This document shows, piece after piece, positions 50,999 to 64,000 of a stretch of DNA of 64,000 nt. The position numbers were made by a program, and so were the translations under genes. The stretch comes from Ramazzottius varieornatus (lineage: Eukaryota; Animalia; Tardigrada). Below the pieces are notes generated by a model, which saw only the letters and a list, made by a program, of their open reading frames with translations, made no database searches and was not told the origin of the DNA. The DNA is taken from positions 3,593,826 to 3,657,825 of the forward strand of contig BDGG01000002.1 in NCBI GenBank assembly GCA_001949185.1. Direction: 5' to 3'. How positions within the stretch are numbered: position 1 is the stretch's first letter; every line of letters starts with the position of its first letter.

Positions 50999-52953
50999 GA
51001 CAAACTGCGTCCATGAGGAAGGGAATATTGACGCGTGATCTATGCCAAGGTCAAATACCGGCTGAACAGCCGTTCTCCCTTTGTCACTAAAGTACGCGTC
51101 TTAGTAAGAACCACTTTTGTAGTGACGCGTCTACTATGAGAATTAATGCAACTTAGGTAAAAGCAATACATACGATACGTGGTTAAAAGATGCAAACCAG
51201 CAGTACTCGTAGTGGTACTCGTCCTTGTGCGGGTACTAGCAGTGCGAGTACGAGTACGTACTCTTCGAACATCAGCATCGATCGTTCCACGGCTGAGGTT
51301 CGAAGATGGAACAAGCATTGTAAGGTATTCGTGAGAGATACAAAAGATTACGAATATCTGAGAAAGACATTCTTTGCGTGAGTGGCTGTGCGTTGGTCAC
51401 GCAGCGGTCCCAGCACACTGCATCACTGTGATGTCAACGAGGAACTCTAGGTGTTTCAGCCACTCCGCCAATCTTTCATTCGGCCGCGAAGTGCCAATTT
51501 CCTCAAAAGTATGGTGGGGCCCGCTTCACTCGCTTATTTGGCATGGTATAATACATTGACAACCTTCAAACGTCACAGCAGAGTGGTCATGTACGGCTCA
51601 GCTTCCCTGTACTCTTTGCGCTTGATAAGTCCGCCGCTGATATCGATGTAGACGTGTAACGTCATGTGCTCTTGTTTGCTCACGTTGAATCGGCAAGAAA
51701 AATAGGGAACCTGTTCTACCAATTTGACGGGCCAGTTCTTACACACTACTTACGTTCTTCCGACGACTGAATGAGGTTCGCGGACACTAACTCGACCGGC
51801 GGAATGACACGTTTGAGGAAAGATGTGTGCCCGGGTCATTTGACGCTGGAACCTTCCGTAAATCCGGTGTTCTTGCAGATGTCGTAGCTAGTCTTACCGA
51901 GTTGGCCGGGGACAAAACGGGACGTTGGAAAGACAGCTTCTGACAAAACCTACAGGAGGAACTTGAATCGGCAGAGTGGTGGCAGTGCCACCGGAACGGA
52001 GCTCATATTTCTGCGCTAGTGACAGATCAGTCCGCAGAGACCAGCACCATATTACAGCGCTAGCAGACTTCCACATCCAAACTGCAGACTATAGGACGCT
52101 AAATCCTAAACCGGATGCAGATCTGGAATATGGAATGTGACCCAGAGTGAGAAGGAACAGGTAGTACTGGTGGACTACTATTGCAACTGTGCAGACCGGT
52201 AGAGAAGAAGATTGGAACTCCGCCCTCCGTCACTTTTTGCTGAGCAGGCTGGTTTGATGCACAGGGCGGCAATACAGGACGAAGGGATGGCGCAGATACG
52301 ATGGATATACAATAGAATTAGTCCCTGCTCTTTGTCACTACTTTTTGTTGGGACTGTACACTATCCATTCCAGATTCGGTTGGTTTACGTGGATGAACAG
52401 GTGTACAGATTTCACAAATTTATCACAACCGATATTTCATAAGCAGAAAGCCCTTACGGGCAACAGCGCCGAAATACCTCAGCCGCATGCAGCAAGGGTA
52501 AAGTTTGGCGACAGTACCGGTTGTTTATTTTTCCCTCGTCCCCGGTTGGTTTTGGCGCTTTGGTCGGGTTGAGTTCCAGTTCGCCAGGGAGACAACGGAA
52601 GCAGCGTTTCCTTTGTATGCTCTGGTTAACGGTCGTCGTTTTCACTGTTGTCTGATGGCATGGTTGCAGCCTTGCATGCGATGGTCAGCTCCTTGACGGT
52701 AACCATGCGCACAAAAATGTTCCTTGGCAGGTTGGTGGTGCTACGTAAGATTGAATTGCTTCGTCAAAACCATCGAAAATAACTGTCTTCATGCGTATCG
52801 GTTTTGGAATTCCGGTAGTCTTCGCCTTTACGCTCATGCGAGATTTCCGTCGCCAAATTGGAGTCATTATCGTGGTCCTCTCAGATCACCGGAAGTTCGT
52901 CTTTTCCACCTCAGCTGGCCGCATTTTCACAAAATTCTGTTTCCGCCGATCCC

Positions 52954-55900
52954 ATGGATTCATTGTGCGGAAAAGTTCATTTCAATACCACTGACCAATA
53001 TGCAGCAACTCAGGATGGTGATGACACTTCTCTTGCCGAAGAGGTACATTGATTTAGCGGTCAGTTTTGATCGGCAGTTTGTCCGACTACGAGTCTTACT
53101 GTATGTTAGGAACGTCGCTATATCCGAGTGAATTACGACGTTTCCTTGCAAACTCTGGCCGAATTTATGGTCACCAGTTGGGGCCTCGGTTCGCCCGACA
53201 TCATGATCAGTATGATTTCCGGTGTCCATCAAGCGAAAGCATGGAAAAAAGCTGAGCACCGTTCGGCTCTCCAGCGCGGAATAGTCAAGGTAAAACAAAA
53301 ACTGGACGGGGCCAAGCGAACTGGGACTTGATCGTTTTCCCGGTGGCGCATACTTCCAGCCAATTACAACGGGCATATGCGCGACACTCGAGATCGCGAT
53401 CTGGTTCGAGTCATTTGCCCTCGTCCCACATGTTTTCGCTTGTTATGCATATTGCTGAATGGTTTCTCGATGATGTGAATGTCCGGTCAGTTAGCCAACA
53501 CTTCGCAAGCTTGGATCTTCACGCACGGTTTAAACTACGGTCTTGCGCGCTTGATTGGTGACGCTGTTCGGGAAGATCAAGACCGACGAGCTGTTCACGG
53601 CAACTGGAACTACATGGCTCACGGAGCGTACAACCAGCGCGTCATGCAGCCCCGACTGATCGGTGTGGTTCCCGATGCCCTGCTAAATAACCCTGACCAG
53701 TACCTACACGGAGTGGGGAAAGTGGAAATCGATACAGAGGAGTTCGAGCGTCCAAAGAAAAAGTACGAGATGAATCCCAACCACAATGTCTTCGTGTTAG
53801 TCAACAACACGTCCTACACGGCCACCGCGGTCTTCCGCGGACAACTAGAAAGGGGTCTCCAAGCAGCGGCCAGTGCGAAGAAAGAAGCGACTCGACCTGC
53901 CCCTGCTATCACTTTAATCTGTAAGACGAGCACTGGATGCGGTCACTGAATATTTCCAGGCTGTACAAACAGAATACTCTCAAGAATGAAGTCATACAAA
54001 AGTAGCAAATTGTGCGTGGCTTAGACGGTACTGAAGCCCTATCCGATGTTTCCAAAATGACCATTGAATGTTGTAGCAAAGCCAGATGACGAGTATTACG
54101 AGTTGTCAGGGATTTTTGATCCTGAGACCGCACAGAAACCAAAGAACTACGCCATGCCGCTGGTCTGTATTTTGATTCAAGGAGGGCCACCGGAAATCGA
54201 TCAGGTATTGTACTATTTGAACGATAACGTACCGGTCATCGTGATCAAAGGAACCGGGCTGATGGCGGACTTGCTCGCATTCGCCTACGAAGAAATCATG
54301 GAAAGGTAATAAATTAACGCCGTTGTTTTGGAATGTGAGAAGCTGACGTTTGCTTTTTCACTTTATCGCAGAGGTGGAATGGACCTGGAGATGAATCATA
54401 TCAAGCCGGAAATAGAGAACAAGATGATCCGCTACTTCCCCTCGGATTTTAAGGACCACGAAGCTGAGCGTCAGGCATACCTGGACAAACTCCTTCAGTG
54501 TGTTAGCGCGTCACATAAACAAGATCGGAAGTACATTACCATTTGTGACTTGGCTCTCAGCGACGCCGACCTTGCTGACCTGGACTGGTTTATTCTTAAA
54601 GCTCTATTTGCCTGCCAGTCACCCTACGGTAAGTTTGTTCCCATCAGTATCGCTTGCTGAATGGGCTTACGTGCAAGATTTTACAGCATTTCTGAAAAGA
54701 GAAACAATAAGGAAAAATTTGATGTTGACCGTCATGTGGAATCGTTCCGACTTGGCAAAGAGTGAAATATTCCAACGGGACTTCTCTCCGGCGAACCTAA
54801 GGGTGATCTTCCCTCCCCCCCCCCTGTTGCTCCCTTACTTCCACTAACAAAGTCTTCCTTAGATAGATGGCGAAATATTTGAACAAGCCCTGCTCATGCG
54901 AGACCGTCAGGCCTTTGTCGACATGTTCCTTCAGCAGGGTTTCCGGCTGAGTTCCTTTGTGTCTGCTGCCCAACTGAAAGCTCTGTACGCCAAGGCCGAG
55001 GACCGAGAATTCTTCGTGACAGTCGTTTGGGAAGGCCTTCTGGAGAAGAGCCCGGCTGCTCCGCTGAAGGACAAGTTTGTCGATGTCAAGCTGAACGAAA
55101 TTGTGGAACATCTGACTGGTATCCGCAACTTTGTTACGCTCCAAGAAAGCCTGCACGGATCGCGCGGAGGTCCAATAGTCATGGACCACGCTGCCGCCGA
55201 ACGAGCGGCAATCAACGCCTTGATTGTGTGGGCTGTTCTCATGAACCGTTTTGAGCTGGTGAAAGTCCTGTGGAAGTTCAGCGAGCAGCCGATACCACTG
55301 GCACTCTTCATCAGCTCGCTTTACAAAGGCCTGTCGTACTTTGCCGTCAGTAGCGAAGTGGAAAAGAAGACCATCGAGAATGGAAAGTATTTTGGGAGTT
55401 TAGCAGTGGATGTGTTGCATTTGAGCTACCAGGACGCCACCAACAGGGCGTTTGAAGTTTTGGCGGAGCCCTTTGAAGATTTTGAAAAGATGACGCCTAT
55501 GGACCTGTCGTACCGTGTTGGAAACAAGTAAGCAGGCCTGGCGTGATTAATGTTCGGCCGAACTGACATTGTGTTTTTACAGACATTTTATAGCGCATCC
55601 GTGCAGTCAGCGTTACTTGAACGAAGTCTTCAACGGAGGTATTCGAGTGGTAAAAGGTCCCGGCAGTTTGCACACGCCTGATTTCGTCAAGATTGTTCTG
55701 TCATCGCTTTTGGTCTTTCCGATGTATTTCTGGATCACCTTCCCCCGTCTTGAGGCCATTGAGCGTGACACCAAGGAGAAAGAGAAGCAACAAGTCAGCG
55801 CTTACGCGACTGCGCAAGCTTCAGAGAGACGTCTGAACCCCCCGTTGCTTTCTGGATCTGACACCCGGACGATAGTCACGAACGCCGAACTATTGGAGCT

Positions 55901-58900
55901 GGTCGGCAAGAGGTCGGGAAATACTGGCTGGTCGCAGAACAATAACTCTACATTGTACGTTGCTGATCAGCAGAAGGAGGAGAAAGAAATTGTCTTCCTC
56001 AGTGCCAAGAAGTCCGAAGGAGGTACGTAGCTTTTGCGGGTTCTTGCCGAGGACTGAGTTACCTCCTACAGTTCTGTAGGATTGTCAAGGCTTACAACGG
56101 GAGGAGACGTTACTCTGAAACGAATACGGAAAGACAGCGAATTCCCTCGGGTATCAACATGGAGACGCTGGATGAACCAGCTGAAGCGTTGTTGTGTGCG
56201 GAAAAGAGGAATAGCTACGACGCACACGCAGTTCAGCGAAGCGTCTACAGCCAAGAAGTTGTATTACTTGTGGAATGCTCCTGTGACCAAATTCTGGATG
56301 TATCAGGTAAGCGCCACCGACGTATTATAGGCTTGTTCTAAGACTTACGAGAGATGCTGTGGAGATGCTGTATTCAACGAGTTTTCTTTCAGCTGAATTA
56401 CTGGTGTTTCCTGGCTGTCCTCAGCGTTGTCACGTTCTTACCCGGCTGTGGGGAGTACTACCTCGATCTGACCGTATTTGTCTGGACATGGCTCAATCTA
56501 CTGGAGTACATGTGCAGGTACCCATACAGCGTTTCTCGATTGAACATTCAAACTTGATGAATTTTGAGCACTCTTTCTTTCAGAACTTACCTGGAGTACA
56601 TCTGGCGTCGAATGATTTCCTTGACTGGTCGTCTCATCGAGATGTCTCTTGTTTTGTCTTTTCTCGCCGCCTACCTTTTTGCCCGTATATTACCGGTTGG
56701 CTTCCGCATGGATAACTATTCTACAAAGATCCTCATGTGCGCAGGTTCGTTAGGACGCATCGTCGGTACACGCACGAAGAGGAACTTTAGGCCAGGCGGA
56801 AAAGACGGAACATTGAAGTTCAGCCAGTATTTCAGGAAAATTGTTGGAATATGCATGTGTAATTCATACAGGGGTGTGAATTACACATGTGCGTACGCAC
56901 ATCCGTTCCCCCATTTCAGAATGCATTGCCCAAAATTTTCCTTCGTGCGTGTACCTGAAGAAGTCTTCAAACCTTGACTAACCGCGTTGGTTTCCACAGC
57001 TCTTTTGTTCTTCTACTACCGACTGGTATTCTCCTTCTTCCCCATCAGTCGGAAACTGGGACCAATGTTGGAGAAGATCAAGCTGATGACTTCCGTGGAC
57101 TTTGTCGTGTTTCTCAAGATGGTCACACCCTTCATGATCGCCAGTGCGGTGGCCATGCAGACGGCGCTGTTTCCTGACTTTCCTCTAGGATGGGAGTCTA
57201 TCCGCATGACGTTCCATCGAGCCTTCTTCTCGCTGTTCCTCACTCCGGCCAATGACTTGCAAGTAGAAAACTTTGCCAGATGTTCACCACACCGGATCGA
57301 AGACCTGGCAGCCCCTCAGCCGAAAGAACGATCTGACGTCTGTTGGGCTGGTACGCACAGTCGATATGATTGTCCGGTCGTCGGCTTCTCATCCTATAGC
57401 ATCGTCATCCAGTACTCGATTATACTCAAGATGATTTTGATGACCCTGCTATCGGCCATGTTTTTGTAAGTCGATACCATAAAGTAAAAGAGAAAGATTG
57501 TCATAATACTTCTCGCACCATTCTGAACGTTTTTATCTTCGTCCCGTTCGTACGAATACCTTCGCCCAAATCAGTCTCCTCTAAGCCAGAACAGGAATGT
57601 GCGAAGGGTGACACGTGGAAATTAATCTGGATAACGAGTCAAGTTTCTTTTTCTCTGTAATTTGATGACAGAGTAACCCGCTTATTACTTTTCCGCTTGA
57701 TTTCTACAGCAACACCTTTAGCGGGATCGACAGAGAGGCCGACGCGGTATGGAAGTACCAACGTTATCAAGTGGTACTGGATTTCTCAACACGACCAGCC
57801 CTTCCAGCGCCATTTTCGTTAATTTCCTACTTTATCACGTTCTTGAGCGTATGCGCGAAATCATTCGCATCTGCAGTGAGAAGAATACGTCGCAAACAGG
57901 TGAGTAACACGCCCACGTTTCACTTGTACAGCTTTACAGTCCTAGCTGCACAAAGGGTTGACCGGTTTTAGGAAAAAACACCTCCCAAGTTGCTCCCTCG
58001 AAAAGGCGACTTCTTCAACTATTGGAAAGCCATGGCGCGCGAACATTCAAGAAACTTGGATATGGTGGCGAAGAACGCTAACCTACCCAAAGAACAGTTC
58101 AAAAAGTAAGGCTTCCTCTCACAGGGACGTAGATGTAGCAAAATTGACAGCCAACTAAACGAATGCTTGCAGGATACAAGGTCTCGGTGAAGAGCTAAGT
58201 CGCCAGAGGAGTAATTGGTATCGTATGCGGGAGCGCATCATCACCCTCGAAAAAAACGTTACCGAAATCAGGAAACACGTTGTTTCTTCATCCAGCATCG
58301 AAGAGCCAAAGCAAAGTACTGTTGAATCTCAGGGCAAGTACTCCATCAAATCGAAATTCCGCAGCTGAAGATCGGACAACAGGATCGAGACCAATTTCCA
58401 GGTCGCCGACGCGAGGCTGGCACTCCCTGCACGGCGAACTACCACTTATGTGTTTTCACCGCAAAGGATCTGCGGATCGCAGCACCGAAGCAGAGTTCCT
58501 TTCAATAAGACGCCGTCTCCCATATTTACCAACGACGAGCCCAGCCTCGTCAGTGTTGGTGAGTCGTCAACGCTTAGACTACGACGTACAGGCAACCGCT
58601 TTGTTGGGTTCGTAACTGTATTTCGTTTGAAGTACACGCACGAAGGGAAAGTTCGGAACAGTAAAAAGTTTGGAACAGGCGGAAAAGACGACGAAATCAA
58701 AACTCAACCGTAGAAAATTGTCAAAACGTGCATTGGAGTGAAGTGCAAACATACGTACAGGAGGAGTAAGCATGCGTGACCCAGTGAGGAACTGTGTGAC
58801 CCAGTAGTCTCAGACGGCGCATCCATAGAAAAGCATGAGACACTCGTAATTAAAATAAAGCCTATGACGTAACGAAAACTTTCTGAATTACAGTGTTGTC

Positions 58901-59220
58901 TATCTTACATAAAAAGTGATTCTGTTAACGTAATGCATACTTGATACATGTCACGCCGTCTGAGACTACTGGGTCACACATTTCCTCACTGGGTCACGCA
59001 TGCTTACTCCTCCTGTACAGTACGAACGTCCGTTCCGGTGTTTCGGAATCGCCTGTTCCAAACTTTTTACCGTTCCACACTTTCCCTTCGTGCGTGTTTT
59101 ACAGATCTGCTTAAGCTTGATGGGTATAATCGGCCACCGTCGACTCGGAAGTTTTCTGACTTGCTCTTTTCCATCCCTTTCCGAACAGGACGTGGGGCAG
59201 GTATTAGGTCGACATGGTAG
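52954..59220 (+). CDS. TRPM-superfamily cation channel, probably TRPS (ced-11-like), multi-exon; 3' end lies between 58368 and 59220
   Basis: MHR/SLOG motifs YIRVNYD..W.L..P.IMIS, AWIFT.G, NPNH..F.LV, VPVIVIKGTG..AD, WNRSDLAKSEIF, FIAHPCSQ..L; WNAPVTKFW; LGPML; TRP box VWKYQRY; LPAPF. Confidence 0.88.
56769..56951. mobile_element. Short MITE family B derivative in a channel intron
   Basis: CACGCACGAAG ... CTTCGTGCGTG termini, TA flanks. Confidence 0.78.
58635..59096. mobile_element. MITE family B copy carrying a nested MITE
   Basis: TIR CACGCACGAAGGGAAAGTTCGGAACAGTAAAAAGTTTGGAACAGGCG and its near reverse complement ending at 59096. Confidence 0.85.
58758..59015. mobile_element. Nested MITE with about 60-bp TIRs (CAGGAGGAGTAAGCATGCGTGACCCAGT...)
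   Basis: Near-perfect long TIR, TA flanks, AT-rich core. Confidence 0.88.
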
Positions 59221-59469
59221 GAAACTATATTGTACAGCCGGACATTCGACTACATCCATTTTTCTGATTTTCTTACTAATGCCCACGAGCGTCATGCGGC
59301 CTTTGTGGTTTGAAAAACCACTTCCTGGCGCATGATTGAAGTGGAAGGGCGAGGTACACTAACGAAATGTGACTATGTTCCTGTGGGACGGTGCCTGAAC
59401 AGAAAGTGTCGAGGCGCTCTAGGTCCGGAGTCGAGGTCTAGAACACAGCTCTCAGTATTTCCAAATTAT

Positions 59470-62139
59470 TCAGCAAGCCTGAATGATGCCGGGTAAATAC
59501 CTGTGCTGGAGAAGCGTCTCTTGGAGGATCCACCACCGTGGTTCATGAATCCCGACCAAAATCCACCTCCTGCAAAAGCAGTCTAGCGATACTGTAAAGT
59601 AAAATTGCTACTGCACAAGTATAGACCGTCTTTACATCTGTTGCACGACTATAGTGAGCACTGCGACCACAGCAACGCACGTAACACTACTTGCGATCAA
59701 GGTGGTGGTCCTCAGGCTCGAAACACAGAGGTCGTTCTGCAAGCCGCATATTGGTCGATGTAGCGGTGGGGATCCCGACTTCCACCTTATGGCGTTAGGG
59801 TTCTCCGGCCGCAGTCTTCGCTCTGCCGAATTGTATTGGTAGGCCATCTGCAAAACCAGTCGACTCGACGAGACACCGGGAAACGTGTGTACAGCGGGGA
59901 GTTACCAGAAACTGTCGCAGCTCCGGATGGAAATACTCAATATTGGCGGTTATCACACGCATTCCGTTTGAGTCCAGAGAAAAATTGCGTTGAGGTAACT
60001 GATAAGTTCGATTTCTTAACTGATTCGCAAGAAATCGCCCACTGTAACATTGGGACTGTCGATGGTTCTCCAAATCGCCGCATGAGTTGTTGAAGGTCTA
60101 ACAACAAAGGTCCAGCAGAGGGTGAAGAACCAATGATCGCGACGTGTACCGTCAGCTGCATTACCTTGATCACCGTATGTGCAGCCTCGTGGCAAGTGAT
60201 CATCATTTCGTTGTATTGAGACTCCAAGCTAACCGTTTGGTTGGAGCCGGAAAGAAAGGCTCTTCTCGCCATTACCTTCGTGAGCATATCAGTCGCTCTG
60301 CTCCATGGGTATTGAGGCGACCGGATAACAATCACACTTTCAGCGGCAGAGCGCACGCCCTAAATACGAGAAAATATATGTTGCAACCCAAATGGAGATA
60401 GGCTGTCCATAGATCAGCTACAGTGCAAAACACCTACCGTATCAGCGAAGTCTGTCGTGTCCAGGAAGGACTCTCCCGGTATCTGGAGCTCGTAAAGAAA
60501 CAAAAATACCTGGAACAGAGGCTGTTTTCCGTGAATATTTTATTTCTTGCCAACCGTGTTTGATTGCCTTACGAAATCACCGCTCGTCATGTTGAGCTCC
60601 TGTGCTGCCATCTAGAGCAAAACAAAGCAAGGGATCATGTTGAAAAGCAATATCGATACGAGGAAGGCGACATAATTCGAGCACAGCGGTTCTTAGGACA
60701 TAATTCAGGAGCTGCGGGAAGTTTAACTATGCGTGTAAACGCTTGATTGATTCCTCATCGTATGCCTCTTGAAATAACTTTAGGCTGTTTAACTTTTGGC
60801 GCACCCCCTCTCTTACCAGAGCGGATCTCTCACAGTTCTGGCCATTCTGCTTGTCAAAACCGATTGAAAACCCTAGTAGAAAAATTTTTGACTTACAGAG
60901 CAGCAAGATAGTCGGTAGGCTCAGGAAATGGCGAGATATGAGGTGCCCGAATTCTGTACCAAGAACCGCTGTGCCCAAATTGTGGAGCCTACTGTTTCCC
61001 TCATAGTACTGTACAGTTTTTCATCTGGTATTAATTTCGCAAAAAATAGCAACTTCATACGTACCAGGAAAAGCTTTAGGGGTTGAGACAATGCGCACAG
61101 CAAAATGACTGCAAGAAAGCATTACTGATTTGACTTAATATCTTCCTGAGCAGGAGGAACCTCGCTTCTTGGGTGGGTGCCTGTGTGGCGTGATACGACG
61201 GTGCATGCCCATACCTCTGCTGAAGTTTCGAGCTCTTCCCAGGGACTCCTTCACCTTCTCTTGTCCGGATGAAGAGATCACTGGTATTTCGATGAATGAA
61301 ATGTTTCCAGACGTCTGCAAATTACGGAAGTTCTCCAGTGGAGCTCGACACATGTCACGGACTCTTTGCTGGCCTGGGCCTGCAGTCGCGTTAAAATCGA
61401 CCACCACTGCTATGCTTCTCCAGTTGTACCGAAACAGGAGCAAGACGAGGGCATCCGCATATGGTCTGATCGAAAGCAGGGAAAATGACACGGTTGACGG
61501 ATACCGGGCCTTGTTGGCAAAGATATCGTCGGATACAGCACTGTATGCAGAAGAAACTTCATGCTTTTGATTCCCAAATGGCTGTTCTCCAAACCCTCTG
61601 TTCCTTACCATGGTACAGCCAGAAGGTCAAGTTCTGCAAAGCCAAGAAGGATTACGGAACGTAATCAATGGCATATCCACTGTGCGTACCTCTAGCCACA
61701 TCAGCGACTGGAGCGAAGTTTAGCCCGCATACTAAGGACGGAGATGTTTGTGAAGATACAGGACATTCTCGACATCCCAAAAGAACTGAGGTGCCCAATA
61801 CTTACATGTTCCGAACACAACTGTTAGTTCTCGACGGGCTGGTATGCTCGTCAGGTAGACATATTTGAGCAGATCGGGAATGCCAGACAGGTCACACGCC
61901 CCGAGACTGTTTTCCAAAGGCGCAGCAGTCCACTGATAGTCTCGCATTACTTCAGGATAGGTGGTGTTCATTTCCTCGAAAGCTACTTCGAACAAGGAAG
62001 CGGCGGTTAAATATCCGTTGCTTGTTGATTTTCCTGCCGCCAGCGTTAAGAAATTCATTCGTGCCGATACACTGCGCTGGCAGAAAAAAAAGCAAAAGAC
62101 GAAACACGGCAGGTGACGATACACTTTCTGACTATACAT
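59470..62139 (-). CDS. ANF-receptor-type ectodomain plus TM and short tail, no kinase-homology or cyclase domain (NPR-C-like architecture)
   Basis: Signal-like MYSQKVYRHLPCFVFCFFFCQRSVSA; FANKARYPSTV, YNWRSIAVVVD, GRFLANQLRNRTY, IRWKSGSPPLHRPICG hinge, TM LIASSVTCVAVVAVLTIVV, then EPRWWILQE...QAC*. Confidence 0.8.
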
Positions 62140-64000
62140 TGATCTGATCTGTCGTCTGAATTCTTCCCAGACAATTAGAAAAACCTTCTCAATCACCACA
62201 TATGAAATGCTAAAAGACGTCGCTCTTGACCTTCGGTCGGCAGATTCCGCACATATCCGGGAGGTTCTGTCGCCTGGTACTTGCTGCGCATGTCACAAAG
62301 AACCACAGGTCCTCGGTAAGGGAAAAACGAAACTCGACGAGACCGATGAAAAATATGTCTTGGCCTAGGAAGAAAAAGATGTCTGCCTTTTAATTACGGC
62401 GATTGCCTGCGGGTCGCGGGTGCCCGTGGAGGTTTCGACTCTGGATAAACCCCAGACAGGAAAGAGCACTGTATATGGTGAGGCGAGCCTTCCTTCGATA
62501 AGGTTCGATTAATGCGGTTCAAAAGTATGAATAATTGCTTTCTCCTAAAAGTAGCACTTCAATATCTGATTTACTGTCACTAAACACAGAACATACCCAC
62601 GTCACGCGCAAAATGCTAAGGTTAATTTGAGTTATTCGACTAAGTGCAGGATGTTTAAAATTTCATTGTGCAATACTGCACGGCGACATCCGAAAGGCTA
62701 AGATCCCCCTCCCTGTGCTCCAACTTAGTGGGATGACATGCACAAATTCTGTTGCCGGATTAAATCTAGAAGAGCTGCGTTATCCGTTCATCGAGAATAC
62801 TATAGTCTGTGATGTGCGGACTACGACTTTACGGGGACTCATATTACCTTGAACCAATATAGCGGCGCGGACTGCGAACCGTAAGCAGACATTCAGCTAC
62901 TGTTCCGTACACACCTGAGAGCACAGTTCTTTGGTCCGGCAGCCTAAAATATGTGTTGTGTAAAATTCGACTCATCCGAACGAGCTCTATCACGCAACGC
63001 TGGGTAACCAGACTAGCCAGTCGGTGCTCATAATGGCCGGCGAACATCATTCAATGACCACATCAACCTTCGTGCAACAAAAGACATTATTACTGGCCTA
63101 AATCTCAAAATTCGTTCGAATGGCCGCAAGACAAAGTTCGTTGGTGGGCTTCCATCACGGAAAACGACTACTTTGGTTCAAACTACCTTCACTATTGGAA
63201 CTGCACCTTACAGAAGTTGGAAATGTTTGTGGACCTGCGGATAAGGTTTCTTCGTGGCGGCAGGCACGGTACGAGTCTTTGTCGTGAGCTCCGCCGCTCT
63301 GCTGCTCTCGATCCGAAGGGAAGATCTGGTGCACCGGTGACTGCCAAGAGTCAGATGCCATCAGCGGAGGGTTCGTAGTGCAAACAGGTTTCGAAGTTTG
63401 ACTTTCTCACTTACTGCTCAAAATTACGAACGCGGTGTGGTCTTGCCGTAGACTATGAGCGCATCCGACCGTCATTCGGACGCGTATACTTTTTCCTGAC
63501 ATTGGATTCGCAAAGCCAGATTTCTGCCGGGCGTGTCATTCATACCAGAGGCTCTATTCGAGAACCGCTGCTCTGGGTGGTTTATGTCCTAAAGTCTAAA
63601 GAATCACCACTTATATTCCATTGTCTGCGACTAGCACTTTCAGGCAGCTTACCGAACAAGTATTCGACCGGCATCACGCTTTACTACTGTCAGAACTCAG
63701 GGTAATAAATCATCGGAGAACTCTGACCGACTACGAACGATTTTCAAGAACCTTTGTCTGACCAGCAGAAAGTGTGTTGCTCGACAGCCTTATTGGAGGG
63801 ACGTGTGGCCATTACGAAGCCTCAGTATGCCAGTCGCCAAATCTCTAAATTTGTAAGGGCAAAACTCTTCACTCTGAAGTGTAAACCACGATAAAAACTC
63901 ATGTAAAAATAAGCAAGACCTCCATCCAAAGCTCGATCCAAAAAGAACTGAACGACACAGAGCACGAAGGCGTAAAGATAAGCGCCACCACGCTCAAAAA

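Noticed and set aside
51200-51262. AGTAC/GTACT-rich quasi-palindromic stretch downstream of rGC2
   Set aside because: Short low-complexity sequence with no clear TIR/TSD or second copy
62200-64000. Short ORFs at the end of the window
   Set aside because: No recognisable motifs or consistent exon chain

Overview
Eukaryotic (animal) genomic DNA with short spliceosomal introns; the gene content (expanded receptor guanylyl cyclases, orphan GPCRs, a ced-11/TRPS-like channel) suggests a tardigrade, which is inference. Genes in order: last exon of IMPDH; a decayed RLE-type (CRE-like) non-LTR retrotransposon; an orphan rhodopsin GPCR; a sarcalumenin with degenerate GTPase motifs; two orphan loci; an SLC7 (LAT-type) amino acid transporter; a membrane-anchored coiled-coil protein; ABCB10. 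These are followed by a signalling cluster: receptor guanylyl cyclase 1, a putative neuropeptide precursor with three P[FY]RFL[DE] repeats, two aminergic-type GPCRs, a MYND-finger pseudogene, receptor guanylyl cyclase 2, a TRPM/TRPS-like channel and a cyclase-less ANF-receptor-type protein. Many TA-flanked MITEs (some nested) and a 320-bp hairpin are also present. Main result: the two paralogous receptor cyclases carry complementary catalytic lesions. rGC1 lacks the metal-binding Asp residues but keeps the N/R pair; rGC2 keeps the Asp residues but has lost N/R. This predicts an obligate heterodimer resembling soluble GC alpha/beta, encoded beside a candidate decoy receptor and a candidate peptide ligand. 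Exon boundaries were read by eye and are approximate where noted.
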